The notes below the pieces were generated by a model. It did not search any database. It was not told the DNA's origin and saw nothing but the letters and a program-made list of their open reading frames with translations. 41,440 nucleotides of DNA from a virus. Lineage: Duplodnaviria; Caudoviricetes. Positions 25,970-34,238 of this stretch are shown in pieces. The first letter of the stretch is position 1; each line of letters begins with the position of its first letter. Location of the stretch: positions 1 to 41,440 of IMG/VR virus record IMGVR_UViG_3300011433_000003. One strand, written 5' to 3'. The position numbers and the translations under genes were made by a program.

Positions 25970-28651
25970 TCAGAAGGGTGGAGAGACCACGAACATCTGG
26001 GGGTGGCACGCCGGGCAGGCGTAGCCGATCCCAGAGGGAGGGACCGGGAGGCGCACCGTCGCGCACTCCCCGCACTCCATGCCCACCGGCTCCTCCGCCA
26101 GCGCATACAGGCCCTCCAGCGGGTCCGTGTGCTCCGTGAATGGGTTCGCCGGACGCTGGTCTACTGCGGTGGCCGCCCGCTGCTCCGGGACGTGGAAGGG
26201 GTCTTCCACGATCACGGAGGGAGTGGAGGGTGCGGAGGAAGGCTCCAGCTCCGATACACGTGAATTACGTGTGCTTTTCACGGGCGCTGTAATCGTCTCG
26301 TCACTCAACACATCGCCAACGATGTTTTTTTCCCTTACGTGAAAGGGGGGGACTTCCTCCGGTCCCTCCACTCCCTCCCTCTGAAGGGGAATGTTGGGCG
26401 ATTTGCCCGGGTGGACCACGATGGCCCACTTCGCCACCTTTCCGTGGCCGGTCCCCTCCCCCCGCACCAGGCGGTAGGAGCCGTGCCAGCGGTCCCGCTG
26501 GCGCTGGTAGGCCATGCCCAGGGTGCGGACGTAGCCGGGGGCGGACAGGTCGGCCATGCCTGGGGGCTGCTCCGCCGTGTCGGCGTTGCGGGCCAGCCAG
26601 GTGGTGACCTCCTTGGCGGTGAACTCCCGGTCCCCGAAGTGCTCCCAGAGCCCGGCCAGGTGCAGCTCCCACAGCGCCTGGCTGTAGTCGGAGTCGCTCC
26701 TGAACTCCTTCTGGTTGCCCAGGAAGCCGGGCACCCCGGCCACCCGGAGGATCCCTCCCACCACCCGCTCCCACTGTTCGAAGGAGCCGAAGGAGGTCCC
26801 TCCCTCCGGTCCCGGCCGCCCGGCGGCGTACCAGGCCCGGACCAGGGTGAGCAGCGCGGCCAGGATGGTGGCGCGGTTGGCCAGGGTCCAGCCTTCGATG
26901 TCGGGGTGCCGGAAGGAGGAGCTGGCCCGGTCCTGGGGGTTGGGGGAGTCGGTCCGCATGGCGATCTGGTAGACCCGCCGCATCATGTCCCCCTCCACCC
27001 GCACGGAGTTGCCCAGGGTGACCCAGGTGGCGCGGTTGGGGAAGTTGACCATGATGGACCCGCCCAGCACCCGGTCCGAGTAGGTGGGCGACGTGATCGC
27101 CCTGGCGAAGTGCTCCCCCTCCAGGTGGTGGCACTCATCCCAGACCATCAGCGTCTGGCCGGAGCGGAACACGGCGGTCATGACCTTCCGCTGCTCCTCC
27201 CCGTCGCGGTTGTAGCCCAGCGGGGTGGCCTGCTCGCCGATGGCCACCAGCGAGACACAGTTGGCGAACTTGTTCTTCCCCACCCCCATCTGGAGCCCGT
27301 TGACCACGGCCACCGGCACCAGCGTGCACAGCCCCCGGATCATCGGGGTCAGCACCAGCGCCAGCGCGTTGGCCCGGTCCGCCTGGGTCGGGAAGGGGAA
27401 GTCACCCAGCCACTCCTCCTGGAGGTACGCCACGGCGGCGGCCACTCCCTCCGGGGAGGGGTCGTCGGCCACGTTCACCTCCAGTCCCTCCGCCAGGGCC
27501 AGCAGGGTGGCCGACTCCTGGTCGTACCCGGGGGTCGTGACCACCGTCCCGTCAATGCGGACAAACGGGGCGCGCTGGATCTGGTCCAGCTTCGTGAACG
27601 CCTTGCCCCGGCTGGCCACGGCCATCACCACGTTGGGGTCCGGCCAGGCCGCCGTCTCCTTGACGTTGCCCTCCCCGTCCTCGGAGCGGGTCACCATGAC
27701 GGCGGTCCCGGCCAGCAGGTCCAGGAACGCCCCCTTCTCCAGGGGCTCTACCTGGTGGCCCTCCACCGTCGACAGCGCGCCGCCGAAGTTGAACAGCCGG
27801 GTGCCGTCCCACCGCTCCCCCAGGGCGCGGGTCAGGTCATTGATCACGTAGTGCCGGTCCCCGTTGACCGGGATGGTGGGGCGGTCCCCTCCGAGTCCCT
27901 CCGACCCTCCCGCGCTGACCGTGCGGACCTTGGCCTTCGCCTTGGGTTTGGTGTCGGCGGGCTTCTTCGTAGCGTTGCCGATCATCCGGAGCAGCATCCC
28001 GGCGCGGCGGTTAGGCACCTGTGCGCCCAGCACATCGTCCAGCCCGGCCTTCTTGCCCGCGCCCAGCCGGACGAACTGCACGCCTGTCGCCCCCTGCATC
28101 TTGCAGGCGTCGGCCAGCGCCACGGCGGCGCTGTACACGTCCAGGTTGGACGACACGTCCCCGTCCAGGCAGATGAAGACCTCCCGGTCCTCCACCACCA
28201 CCAGGTCCGGCGTCGGGACTCCGTCCTTGGACCAGCCACGGCAGCCCAGCACGCCGTAGACCGACGTACCGGCCGGGGCGTAGCTGGCGGCGGCCAGGAC
28301 CTGCTTGGACCCCTCCACGATCAGGACGCGCGTGGCGTCGGGGTCGGCCTTGCCCACCACCAGCTGGGCGTGGTTGCCCAGGCCGAACAGGTACTTCGCC
28401 TGCTGGCCCTTGCCGTTGGTCACCGGGGTCACCGGCTTGATCTGGGTGCGCAGCTGCCCGGACGGCTCGCGCCAGGGGAACAGCAGCGCGGGGAGCACGG
28501 CCTGGCCCAGGTAGGCCAGGTCCTCGGGAAGGTCGGTCACGGTGTCGGCGGTGCGGACACCGATGGAACGGGCCACCTCCGGGAGCACGGCGGCGGCGTC
28601 GAGCACGGCGGCGTGGTCGGGGGAGAGCGGAAGATCAGCCCAGGTGGTCAT
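25970..28651 (-). CDS. Primase-helicase (TOPRIM/DUF3854-like N-domain plus P-loop NTPase)
   Basis: LIVEGSKQ, CLDGD and GLDD TOPRIM motifs; GLQMGVGKN Walker A-like and VWDE Walker B; GGAGG RBS before MTTWADL. Confidence 0.8.
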   Translation of the reverse strand: MTTWADLPLSPDHAAVLDAAAVLPEVARSIGVRTADTVTDLPEDLAYLGQAVLPALLFPWREPSGQLRTQIKPVTPVTNGKGQQAKYLFGLGNHAQLVVGKADPDATRVLIVEGSKQVLAAASYAPAGTSVYGVLGCRGWSKDGVPTPDLVVVEDREVFICLDGDVSSNLDVYSAAVALADACKMQGATGVQFVRLGAGKKAGLDDVLGAQVPNRRAGMLLRMIGNATKKPADTKPKAKAKVRTVSAGGSEGLGGDRPTIPVNGDRHYVINDLTRALGERWDGTRLFNFGGALSTVEGHQVEPLEKGAFLDLLAGTAVMVTRSEDGEGNVKETAAWPDPNVVMAVASRGKAFTKLDQIQRAPFVRIDGTVVTTPGYDQESATLLALAEGLEVNVADDPSPEGVAAAVAYLQEEWLGDFPFPTQADRANALALVLTPMIRGLCTLVPVAVVNGLQMGVGKNKFANCVSLVAIGEQATPLGYNRDGEEQRKVMTAVFRSGQTLMVWDECHHLEGEHFARAITSPTYSDRVLGGSIMVNFPNRATWVTLGNSVRVEGDMMRRVYQIAMRTDSPNPQDRASSSFRHPDIEGWTLANRATILAALLTLVRAWYAAGRPGPEGGTSFGSFEQWERVVGGILRVAGVPGFLGNQKEFRSDSDYSQALWELHLAGLWEHFGDREFTAKEVTTWLARNADTAEQPPGMADLSAPGYVRTLGMAYQRQRDRWHGSYRLVRGEGTGHGKVAKWAIVVHPGKSPNIPLQREGVEGPEEVPPFHVREKNIVGDVLSDETITAPVKSTRNSRVSELEPSSAPSTPSVIVEDPFHVPEQRAATAVDQRPANPFTEHTDPLEGLYALAEEPVGMECGECATVRLPVPPSGIGYACPACHPQMFVVSPPF
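26216..26378. other. Putative replication origin, copy B, inside the 3' end of the primase-helicase gene
   Basis: 26-bp inverted arms matching at 24/26 positions, each made of three 9-bp-spaced GGAGG units, flanking a core with a T7 run. Confidence 0.7.
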
Positions 28652-28730
28652 GCGTGCTATCCTCCGGGTGTCGGTAGTGCCTGGTGGCCGGATCTCTTCG
28701 GGGGTCCGGCCGCTGTCGTCGGCGGCCATG

Positions 28731-28910
28731 TCAGTCCTGGACGGGCTGGACCAGCGCGTCCACCTGGTCGGCGTCGAACCGGACCGACTGGAGGTCACCG
28801 ACCTTGTACTTGGTCAGCTTCCCCTCCCTGGTCCACCGGTCCACGGTGTGCTTGGAGCAGCGGAGCCGCTCAGCGGCCTCTTCCCGGGTCAACCACTTGA
28901 TGTTTGTCAT
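28731..28910 (-). CDS. Excisionase-like HTH_17 DNA-binding protein
   Basis: WLTREEAAERLRCSKHTVDRWTREGKL...VRFDADQV. Confidence 0.85.
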   Translation of the reverse strand: MTNIKWLTREEAAERLRCSKHTVDRWTREGKLTKYKVGDLQSVRFDADQVDALVQPVQD

Positions 28911-28917
28911 GCCGCCT

Positions 28918-28967
28918 ACGTTACAGGGGTGACGATGGTTGCGCAACCTTGACCCCCCGTGTACTGT
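28918..28967. promoter_or_regulatory. Divergent sigma70-type promoters sharing the palindrome GGTTGCGCAACC
   Basis: Plus strand TTGCGC-N17-TACTGT then ATG 28975; minus strand TTGCGC-N17-TAACGT then ATG 28910. Confidence 0.75.
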
Positions 28968-28974
28968 TCCCGGC

Positions 28975-29190
28975 ATGAAGAACTTCGTATCCCTGGCGCT
29001 GGCGGTGCTGCTGTCCTGGTTCGACCACATCACGGGCGACCTGGCCAAGCGCTGGGCGGCGCGGGCGGAAGGACAGCTTACGCCGGTCGTCGTGCCCCCC
29101 TGGTCCGCCCAGGGGTACGAGGACATCGTCTGGTCCGAGCGAATCCACGCGATGGCCGCATACCGGAGAGAGGTCTACGGATGGCAGTGA
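28975..29190 (+). CDS. Hypothetical protein, probably leaderless
   Basis: ATG 7 nt after the -10 box; hydrophobic N-terminus. Confidence 0.6.
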   Translation: MKNFVSLALAVLLSWFDHITGDLAKRWAARAEGQLTPVVVPPWSAQGYEDIVWSERIHAMAAYRREVYGWQ

Positions 29191-29672
29191 TCAAGGTTCC
29201 GACCAGGAACAGGTGGAACGGCAAGCCGGACTTCGTGCTGGACTACAGCGCGCTGGAGAAGGGGGACGTGGTGGCGGTGCTACACAGCAACCGTCACAAC
29301 GGACCGGGCGTGACCGTCTACACCGTGGACCGCACCACCCCCAAGCAGTTCATCCTGAAGACCGGTGGCCACAACCACGAGTACCGGCGCTGGACGGAGT
29401 CCGGCCGGGAGGTGGGCAGCGCCTACGGCTCCGTGCCCACCGCCGTGGACCACCCGGACGTGCTGGTGGCGCTCCAGGCCCAGGAAATGAGGGACTTCAC
29501 CCGGCGGGTGGAGAAGGTGCTGGAGGGCAAGGGTCCGGACGGGCTCAAGCACACCGGGTACACCGCCTGGCTGGAGACCCTCCACAAACTGACCACCCTG
29601 GTTGGGGAGACCACCGTCCTGATCAACCAGCTGGAGAACCAGCGCAACGCCCAGGAGAGCACCGATGTCTGA
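29181..29672 (+). CDS. Hypothetical protein (SH3-like beta N-domain, helical C-domain)
   Basis: GAGG RBS; LEKGDVVAV...VDRTTPKQF. Confidence 0.7.
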   Translation: MAVIKVPTRNRWNGKPDFVLDYSALEKGDVVAVLHSNRHNGPGVTVYTVDRTTPKQFILKTGGHNHEYRRWTESGREVGSAYGSVPTAVDHPDVLVALQAQEMRDFTRRVEKVLEGKGPDGLKHTGYTAWLETLHKLTTLVGETTVLINQLENQRNAQESTDV

Positions 29673-29910
29673 GACCATCACCGTCCAGGGGACCAGCCTC
29701 TACTCCGTCATGGCGGAGCTTGCCGATCACCTCCAGGACGCTCCCGGGTTCGTCCTGTCCGGGGTCCGCACAGGCCAGCCCGCCAGCTGGACGGTGACCG
29801 CCCACGCGGTGGCCATCCCGACCCAGCGCGCAGCGGTGGTCAAGCTCTGCTCCGTGTGCGGTCTGACCGGCGGGAGCCACCGCCTCTTCTGCTCCGACGC
29901 CGTCCGATGA
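29665..29910 (+). CDS. Hypothetical protein with CxxC...H...C motif
   Basis: AGGAG RBS; overlap coupling. Confidence 0.6.
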   Translation: MSETITVQGTSLYSVMAELADHLQDAPGFVLSGVRTGQPASWTVTAHAVAIPTQRAAVVKLCSVCGLTGGSHRLFCSDAVR

Positions 29911-30035
29911 CCGGCCGCAAGTCCATCCCGCCCGCCGCCGTGCCGGGCAAGCCCAGGACGGTGGCCCCCATGCAGCCCATCCCGGCAACGCCGCCGAAGA
30001 AGTCCGTACCCCCGCCAGCAAGGAGACCCCGATGA
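29907..30035 (+). CDS. 42-aa Pro/Lys/Arg-rich peptide
   Basis: Read by hand; ATGA overlaps at both ends (MTGRKSIPPAAVPGKPRT...). Confidence 0.5.
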   Translation: MTGRKSIPPAAVPGKPRTVAPMQPIPATPPKKSVPPPARRPR

Positions 30036-30226
30036 CCGCCAAACCCAGACTGGCCTTCACCGACAAGGAGGCGGCCACCGCCCGGACCGCCGCCCAGCTG
30101 GTGGCCAAGGAGCAGCGCGCCCCCAAGCAGCCTGCCGCCGACCCGGCGGACCTGAACTGGGCTGGTGGCCCGGTGGGCGGCCGGTCCAACGCCAGCCCGG
30201 ACGGCTGGGGCACCGGTCGGGACTGA
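30032..30226 (+). CDS. Small hypothetical protein
   Basis: AAGGAG RBS. Confidence 0.55.
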   Translation: MTAKPRLAFTDKEAATARTAAQLVAKEQRAPKQPAADPADLNWAGGPVGGRSNASPDGWGTGRD

Positions 30227-30235
30227 CCGATCCAG

Positions 30236-30281
30236 CAGGGGTGGACAAGGATGTGCAACTCCCTGTCCACCCCTGTACTGT
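30236..30281 (+). promoter_or_regulatory. Putative promoter within a 12-bp inverted repeat
   Basis: GTGCAA-N17-TACTGT; arms caggggtggaca / tgtccacccctg. Confidence 0.55.
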
Positions 30282-30318
30282 GTGAGGAGTAAGGCACACA
30301 GCGACGAAGGAGGCACCG

Positions 30319-30831
30319 ATGTTCCAGCTCAGCTACTACCGGGCCAGCTACAACAACGAGACGTACACCTGGGAGACCGGAGCGGCCACCACCGTGGAGA
30401 ACTTCGCCACGCTGGCGGACCTGAAGCGGGCGGCCACGCTGGAGCACGGCGTGCCGATGGCTCCCTTCTCGGAGGGCCGCACCTCCTACACCTTCCACAA
30501 CGACCGGTGGACCTGGACGGAGATCTCCGACCTGGCCGGGCTGGAGAAGGCGCTGGACATGGCTCCGGTGGAGATCGCCACGGCGCTGGAAGTCCACCTG
30601 CGCACCGTGCGCCGCTGGATCGCGGGCAGCAACAAGCCGGGCAAGGACAGCCTGGCCAAGCTGAAGGCGCTGGCCAACCGCGTGCACCAGGAGGTCACCG
30701 CCGCCTCCCGGCTGGACACCATCCAGGATCGCCGCCTCCGTGGCCTGCACGCCGTGCTGATGACCCCCGCTGAGCGCGCCGAAGAGGCCGCCGACCGTGA
30801 CCGGATGCGCGCCGCATTCGGCATCAAGTGA
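30319..30831 (+). CDS. XRE-like HTH protein
   Basis: MAPVEIATALEVHLRTVRRWIAGSNKP. Confidence 0.8.
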   Translation: MFQLSYYRASYNNETYTWETGAATTVENFATLADLKRAATLEHGVPMAPFSEGRTSYTFHNDRWTWTEISDLAGLEKALDMAPVEIATALEVHLRTVRRWIAGSNKPGKDSLAKLKALANRVHQEVTAASRLDTIQDRRLRGLHAVLMTPAERAEEAADRDRMRAAFGIK

Positions 30832-30844
30832 AGGAGAGCTGACC

Positions 30845-31225
30845 ATGGCCCGCAAGAAGAACCCCCGCGTGAAGGCGCTGGAGCTGCTGAAGGACCTGAA
30901 GTCCTGGACGGAGGGAGCCCGCAACCACTGGACCGTTGCCAGCACCGTCTGGGAGCACGGCACCATGACCCGGCAGATCCCGGCCTGGCACATCAACCCC
31001 CTGTTGCGCGGCACCCCGAAGGGGGAGGAGCTGCTGGAGCGCGAGTACAGCAACAGCTCCACCCGCAAGCGGCGGCCGGAGGAGTACCCGGAGACCAGTA
31101 TGGACAGCTGGAACCAGTTGTTCGGCCAGGCTCTGGAGATGGAGCGGTTGGCGCGCGAGCTGAAGGAGCACGCCCGGACCGAATGGACGAAGCTCGCGCA
31201 GGCGCTAAACCGGAAGGAGAACTGA
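30845..31225 (+). CDS. Hypothetical protein
   Basis: GAAGGAGA RBS before MARKKNPRVK. Confidence 0.7.
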   Translation: MARKKNPRVKALELLKDLKSWTEGARNHWTVASTVWEHGTMTRQIPAWHINPLLRGTPKGEELLEREYSNSSTRKRRPEEYPETSMDSWNQLFGQALEMERLARELKEHARTEWTKLAQALNRKEN

Positions 31226-31227
31226 TC

Positions 31228-31377
31228 ATGGAGTGGTACGAGAAGCGCAAGCCGTTCTGGCTGCACCGCTGCAAGCCGGACACCGTGGGCTGGGCGTACG
31301 GGCTGTTCGTCTCCCGCTGCGCCTGCGGCGGCATCCGGATGGGCTCCGGCTCCTGGCTGGAGCGCAACAGCCGCTAA
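31228..31377 (+). CDS. Small Cys-containing hypothetical protein
   Basis: AAGGAG RBS; WLHRC...SRCACG. Confidence 0.6.
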   Translation: MEWYEKRKPFWLHRCKPDTVGWAYGLFVSRCACGGIRMGSGSWLERNSR

Positions 31378-31381
31378 CGAT

Positions 31382-31422
31382 TGGACAACCGTGGGCACCC
31401 TTGATAGTCTCGGGGTGCCCAC
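31382..31422 (+). promoter_or_regulatory. Putative promoter with -10 box inside a 10-bp inverted repeat
   Basis: TGGACA-N17-TAGTCT; arms gtgggcaccc / gggtgcccac. Confidence 0.6.
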
Positions 31423-31445
31423 AGTTCTACCGACGAAGGAGCCTC

Positions 31446-33074
31446 ATGAACGCCCAGATCCTGACCCCCCGCCCCTACCAGGTGGAGGCGCTGACCGCCG
31501 TGAAGTCAGCGTGGACCCGCCAGCTGGAGACCCCCGGGCACCCCGCAGTTGTCCTGCCCACCGGCATGGGCAAGACCGTCATCTTCGCCCACCTGGTCGC
31601 CCAGATCGTGGAGGAGGGGGGCTGGCCGCTGGTGCTGGTGCACCGCGATGAGCTGGCTCAGCAGGCCGCCAAGAAGATCAAGCAGGTGGCTCCGCACCTG
31701 ACCGTGGGGCTGGTCAAGGCCAAGCACCGCGACGTGGACCGCCAGGTCCTGGTGGGGTCCGTGCAGACGCTGGCCCGCCCCGGCCGCCGGGCGGAGCTGC
31801 CCCGGATCACGCACATCATCATCGACGAGTGCCACCACGCCGCCGCCAAGTCCTACCGCGACATCATCGACGCGTTCCCGGCCGCCCGGGTGGTGGGCTT
31901 CACCGCCACCATGGTCCGGGCGGACAGCAAGGGCCTGGGCGACGTGTGGTCGGAGGTGGTCTACAGCCGGGACATCCTCTACGGCATCCGCAACGGCTTC
32001 CTGACCGACGTGACCGGCCGGACCGTAGTCATTCCGGACCTGGACATGAGCCAGATCAAGACCGCCCACGGGGACTACCAGGAGGAGGCGCTGGCGCTGG
32101 CCCTGGAGGAGTCGGAGGCGGGGCACTTCATCGCGAAGGCGTACCTGGAGCACTGCCCGGACCGCTCCGGCATCCTGTTCGCCCCCACGGTGGCCACGGC
32201 CTTCATGTTCGCCGAAGACCTCAACGCCGCCGGGATCACCACGGAGGTGGTCACCGGGGAGACCCCGCTGGAGGAGCGCGCCGCCATCTACGCGCGGGCG
32301 GAGAGCGGTCAGACCCAGGTGCTGGCCAACTGCATGGTGCTCACGGAGGGATTCGACATGCCCCGCATGTCCGTGGCCGTGATCGCACGCCCCACCACCA
32401 GCGTGGGCCTGTACATCCAGATGGTGGGGCGGGTGCTCCGGCCGTTCCCCGGCAAGGGGGTGGCGCTGGTGCTGGACGTGGTCGGCGTGGCCTCCAAGCT
32501 GGCGCTGGCGTCGGTGATCGACCTGTCCCCGACCCACGTCAAGCCGGAGCCCGGGGAGACCCTGGCCGACGCTGAGGAGCGCTTCGAACTGGAGGAGGCG
32601 GGCAAGCCGGTCAAGATGGGCCGGTCCACCGCCGGGCTGGCGCTGGAGGAGATCGACCTGTTCCACCGCTCGCGCACGGTCTGGCTCCAGACCCCGCTGG
32701 GCGTGTGGTTCATCCCGACGAAGGACCGGTTCTACGTGCTGTGGCCGCTGGGTCCCGGTGACCAGTGGACCGTCAACACCCTGCCCAACAAGCAGGGCAA
32801 GCGGGAGCGGCTCATCGGCGAGCTGTCCATGGAGAACGCCATGGCGTGGGCGGAGCAGCTGGCGGCGGAGGAGGAGCTGAAGGCGGAGGGTTTCCAGGTG
32901 GCCAGCAAGAAGGCGGCGTGGCGGCGCGGGAAGGTCATCAGCGGACCTCAGCGGGACTTCGCCATGGGCCTGGGAGTGGACACCACCGGCATGAACAAGG
33001 GCGAGGTGTCCGACGCCATCAGCGTGGCACTGGTGGCCCGCTCCCTGCCGGTGGCCTACCCCACGTTCGGCTGA
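31446..33074 (+). CDS. Superfamily 2 DExH helicase (ResIII/Irc3-like)
   Basis: RPYQ, PTGMGKT, IDECHH, GFTAT, LTEGFD, QMVGRVLR motifs. Confidence 0.95.
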   Translation: MNAQILTPRPYQVEALTAVKSAWTRQLETPGHPAVVLPTGMGKTVIFAHLVAQIVEEGGWPLVLVHRDELAQQAAKKIKQVAPHLTVGLVKAKHRDVDRQVLVGSVQTLARPGRRAELPRITHIIIDECHHAAAKSYRDIIDAFPAARVVGFTATMVRADSKGLGDVWSEVVYSRDILYGIRNGFLTDVTGRTVVIPDLDMSQIKTAHGDYQEEALALALEESEAGHFIAKAYLEHCPDRSGILFAPTVATAFMFAEDLNAAGITTEVVTGETPLEERAAIYARAESGQTQVLANCMVLTEGFDMPRMSVAVIARPTTSVGLYIQMVGRVLRPFPGKGVALVLDVVGVASKLALASVIDLSPTHVKPEPGETLADAEERFELEEAGKPVKMGRSTAGLALEEIDLFHRSRTVWLQTPLGVWFIPTKDRFYVLWPLGPGDQWTVNTLPNKQGKRERLIGELSMENAMAWAEQLAAEEELKAEGFQVASKKAAWRRGKVISGPQRDFAMGLGVDTTGMNKGEVSDAISVALVARSLPVAYPTFG

Positions 33075-33361
33075 TGGTCCAGAAGAACAAGGGTGCGCGG
33101 CGCAACCGCGAGCGACAGCACGGCCGGAAGGTCGCGCACCCCACCCAGTGGGAAGCCTGGGCGCATATCGAAGACCTGGCCGCCAACAAGGGCATCCTGG
33201 CCGCCCTGCACCTGGAGCCTTACCCCTGCTGGTGGGGCGAGCGGCTGGAGTGCGGCCAGGTCTACCCGGAGCACTGGCACGTCGGCCACCCCACCGGTAC
33301 CCAGGTGCGTGCTGGCCACCTTCACCACCCATCTCTACCTTGTGGAGAAACCTGTGGATAA
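33074..33361 (+). CDS. Hypothetical protein (YxC...HWHVGH)
   Basis: TGATG coupling with helicase stop. Confidence 0.6.
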   Translation: MVQKNKGARRNRERQHGRKVAHPTQWEAWAHIEDLAANKGILAALHLEPYPCWWGERLECGQVYPEHWHVGHPTGTQVRAGHLHHPSLPCGETCG

Positions 33362-33626
33362 CCCGTTCGCACCTACCCCGATCGAAGTGCTCAGCGAGAA
33401 GATGGCCGCTGTCCTGCTGGAGGCTGGCCTGATGAACCAGGGCGATGCCCTGGCTGGCCGGGTCATCACCGTGGACCTGGCGGAGTTGGCCATCCACCAG
33501 GCCGGACAGATCAAGGAGCTGACCCAGATCCTGGAGCAGGTCAAGGCGGCGCTGGATGAGATCCACCCGGGCTGGACGTACGGCGGGCACTACGAATGTT
33601 CGTGGCGCTGTACTCACGAGGATTGA
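33354..33626 (+). CDS. Hypothetical coiled-coil protein
   Basis: GGAG RBS and GTG start; ends just before a terminator. Confidence 0.55.
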   Translation: MDNPFAPTPIEVLSEKMAAVLLEAGLMNQGDALAGRVITVDLAELAIHQAGQIKELTQILEQVKAALDEIHPGWTYGGHYECSWRCTHED

Positions 33627-33630
33627 TCAG

Positions 33631-33657
33631 GGCGGCCGGGTGACCGGCCGCCTTTTT
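33631..33657 (+). terminator. Intrinsic terminator
   Basis: ggcggccgg-gtga-ccggccgcc followed by TTTTT. Confidence 0.85.
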
Positions 33658-33736
33658 CCTGCTCAGCGGCGGCATCCTAGGAGGGTGGGACGGTTACCGG
33701 TGTGACGTAGACCACACGCCGTGGGTCGTGCAGGAG

Positions 33737-33765
33737 TGGACAAGGCTGTGCAAGGCACGTAGTGT
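33737..33765 (+). promoter_or_regulatory. Putative promoter
   Basis: TGGACA-N17-TAGTGT. Confidence 0.55.
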
Positions 33766-33802
33766 CATGGGTGTAAGGCACACCGACACGAAGGAGCCCC
33801 CG

Positions 33803-34129
33803 ATGCGCGCCACCACCGCCCGCAAGTCCCCCGCCCAGCTGATCGCCGAACTGGCCGCCGCTCGCGACACGATGCAGGTCCTGATCAAGACCTCCACCCC
33901 CGGTACGGAGCGCGCCGCCCAGGAGGCGCTGATCAACCGTCTGCGCCGCCAGATCACCAAGGCGAACGCCGACCACCGCACCGTGGCGGCGCTGGCCAAC
34001 GAGCTTGGTTGCCGGGTCTGGGAGCTGGTCACCGTCTACGCCTTCGGCGGACCGGTCGGACCGACCACCCGCCTGTCCGACCGCGAGCGGGACATGGTCC
34101 GCACCGCCTGGACCGCAGCGCGCGGCTGA
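33803..34129 (+). CDS. Hypothetical protein
   Basis: ACGAAGGAG RBS before MRATTARKS. Confidence 0.7.
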   Translation: MRATTARKSPAQLIAELAAARDTMQVLIKTSTPGTERAAQEALINRLRRQITKANADHRTVAALANELGCRVWELVTVYAFGGPVGPTTRLSDRERDMVRTAWTAARG

Positions 34130-34173
34130 TTCACGCCAGGGAGGGATCTCCGGGTCCCTCCCTCCCCTCCAAG

Positions 34174-34202
34174 TTGCGCAACCTTGTCCACTCGTGTACA
34201 GT
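34174..34202 (+). promoter_or_regulatory. Putative promoter
   Basis: TTGCGC-N17-TACAGT; shares gttgcgcaaccttg with the promoter at 28938-28951. Confidence 0.65.
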
Positions 34203-34238
34203 CTTAAACGTAAGCAAGACCAGACGAAGGAGCCCACG

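Noticed and set aside
26250-26348. Additional parS-like sites (atacacgtgaatt, cttacgtgaaag)
   Set aside because: These are only half-site matches and lie within the origin-like core.
28731-28910. Excisionase implying an integration module
   Set aside because: No integrase is recognisable anywhere in the genome; HTH_17 proteins often act simply as regulators.
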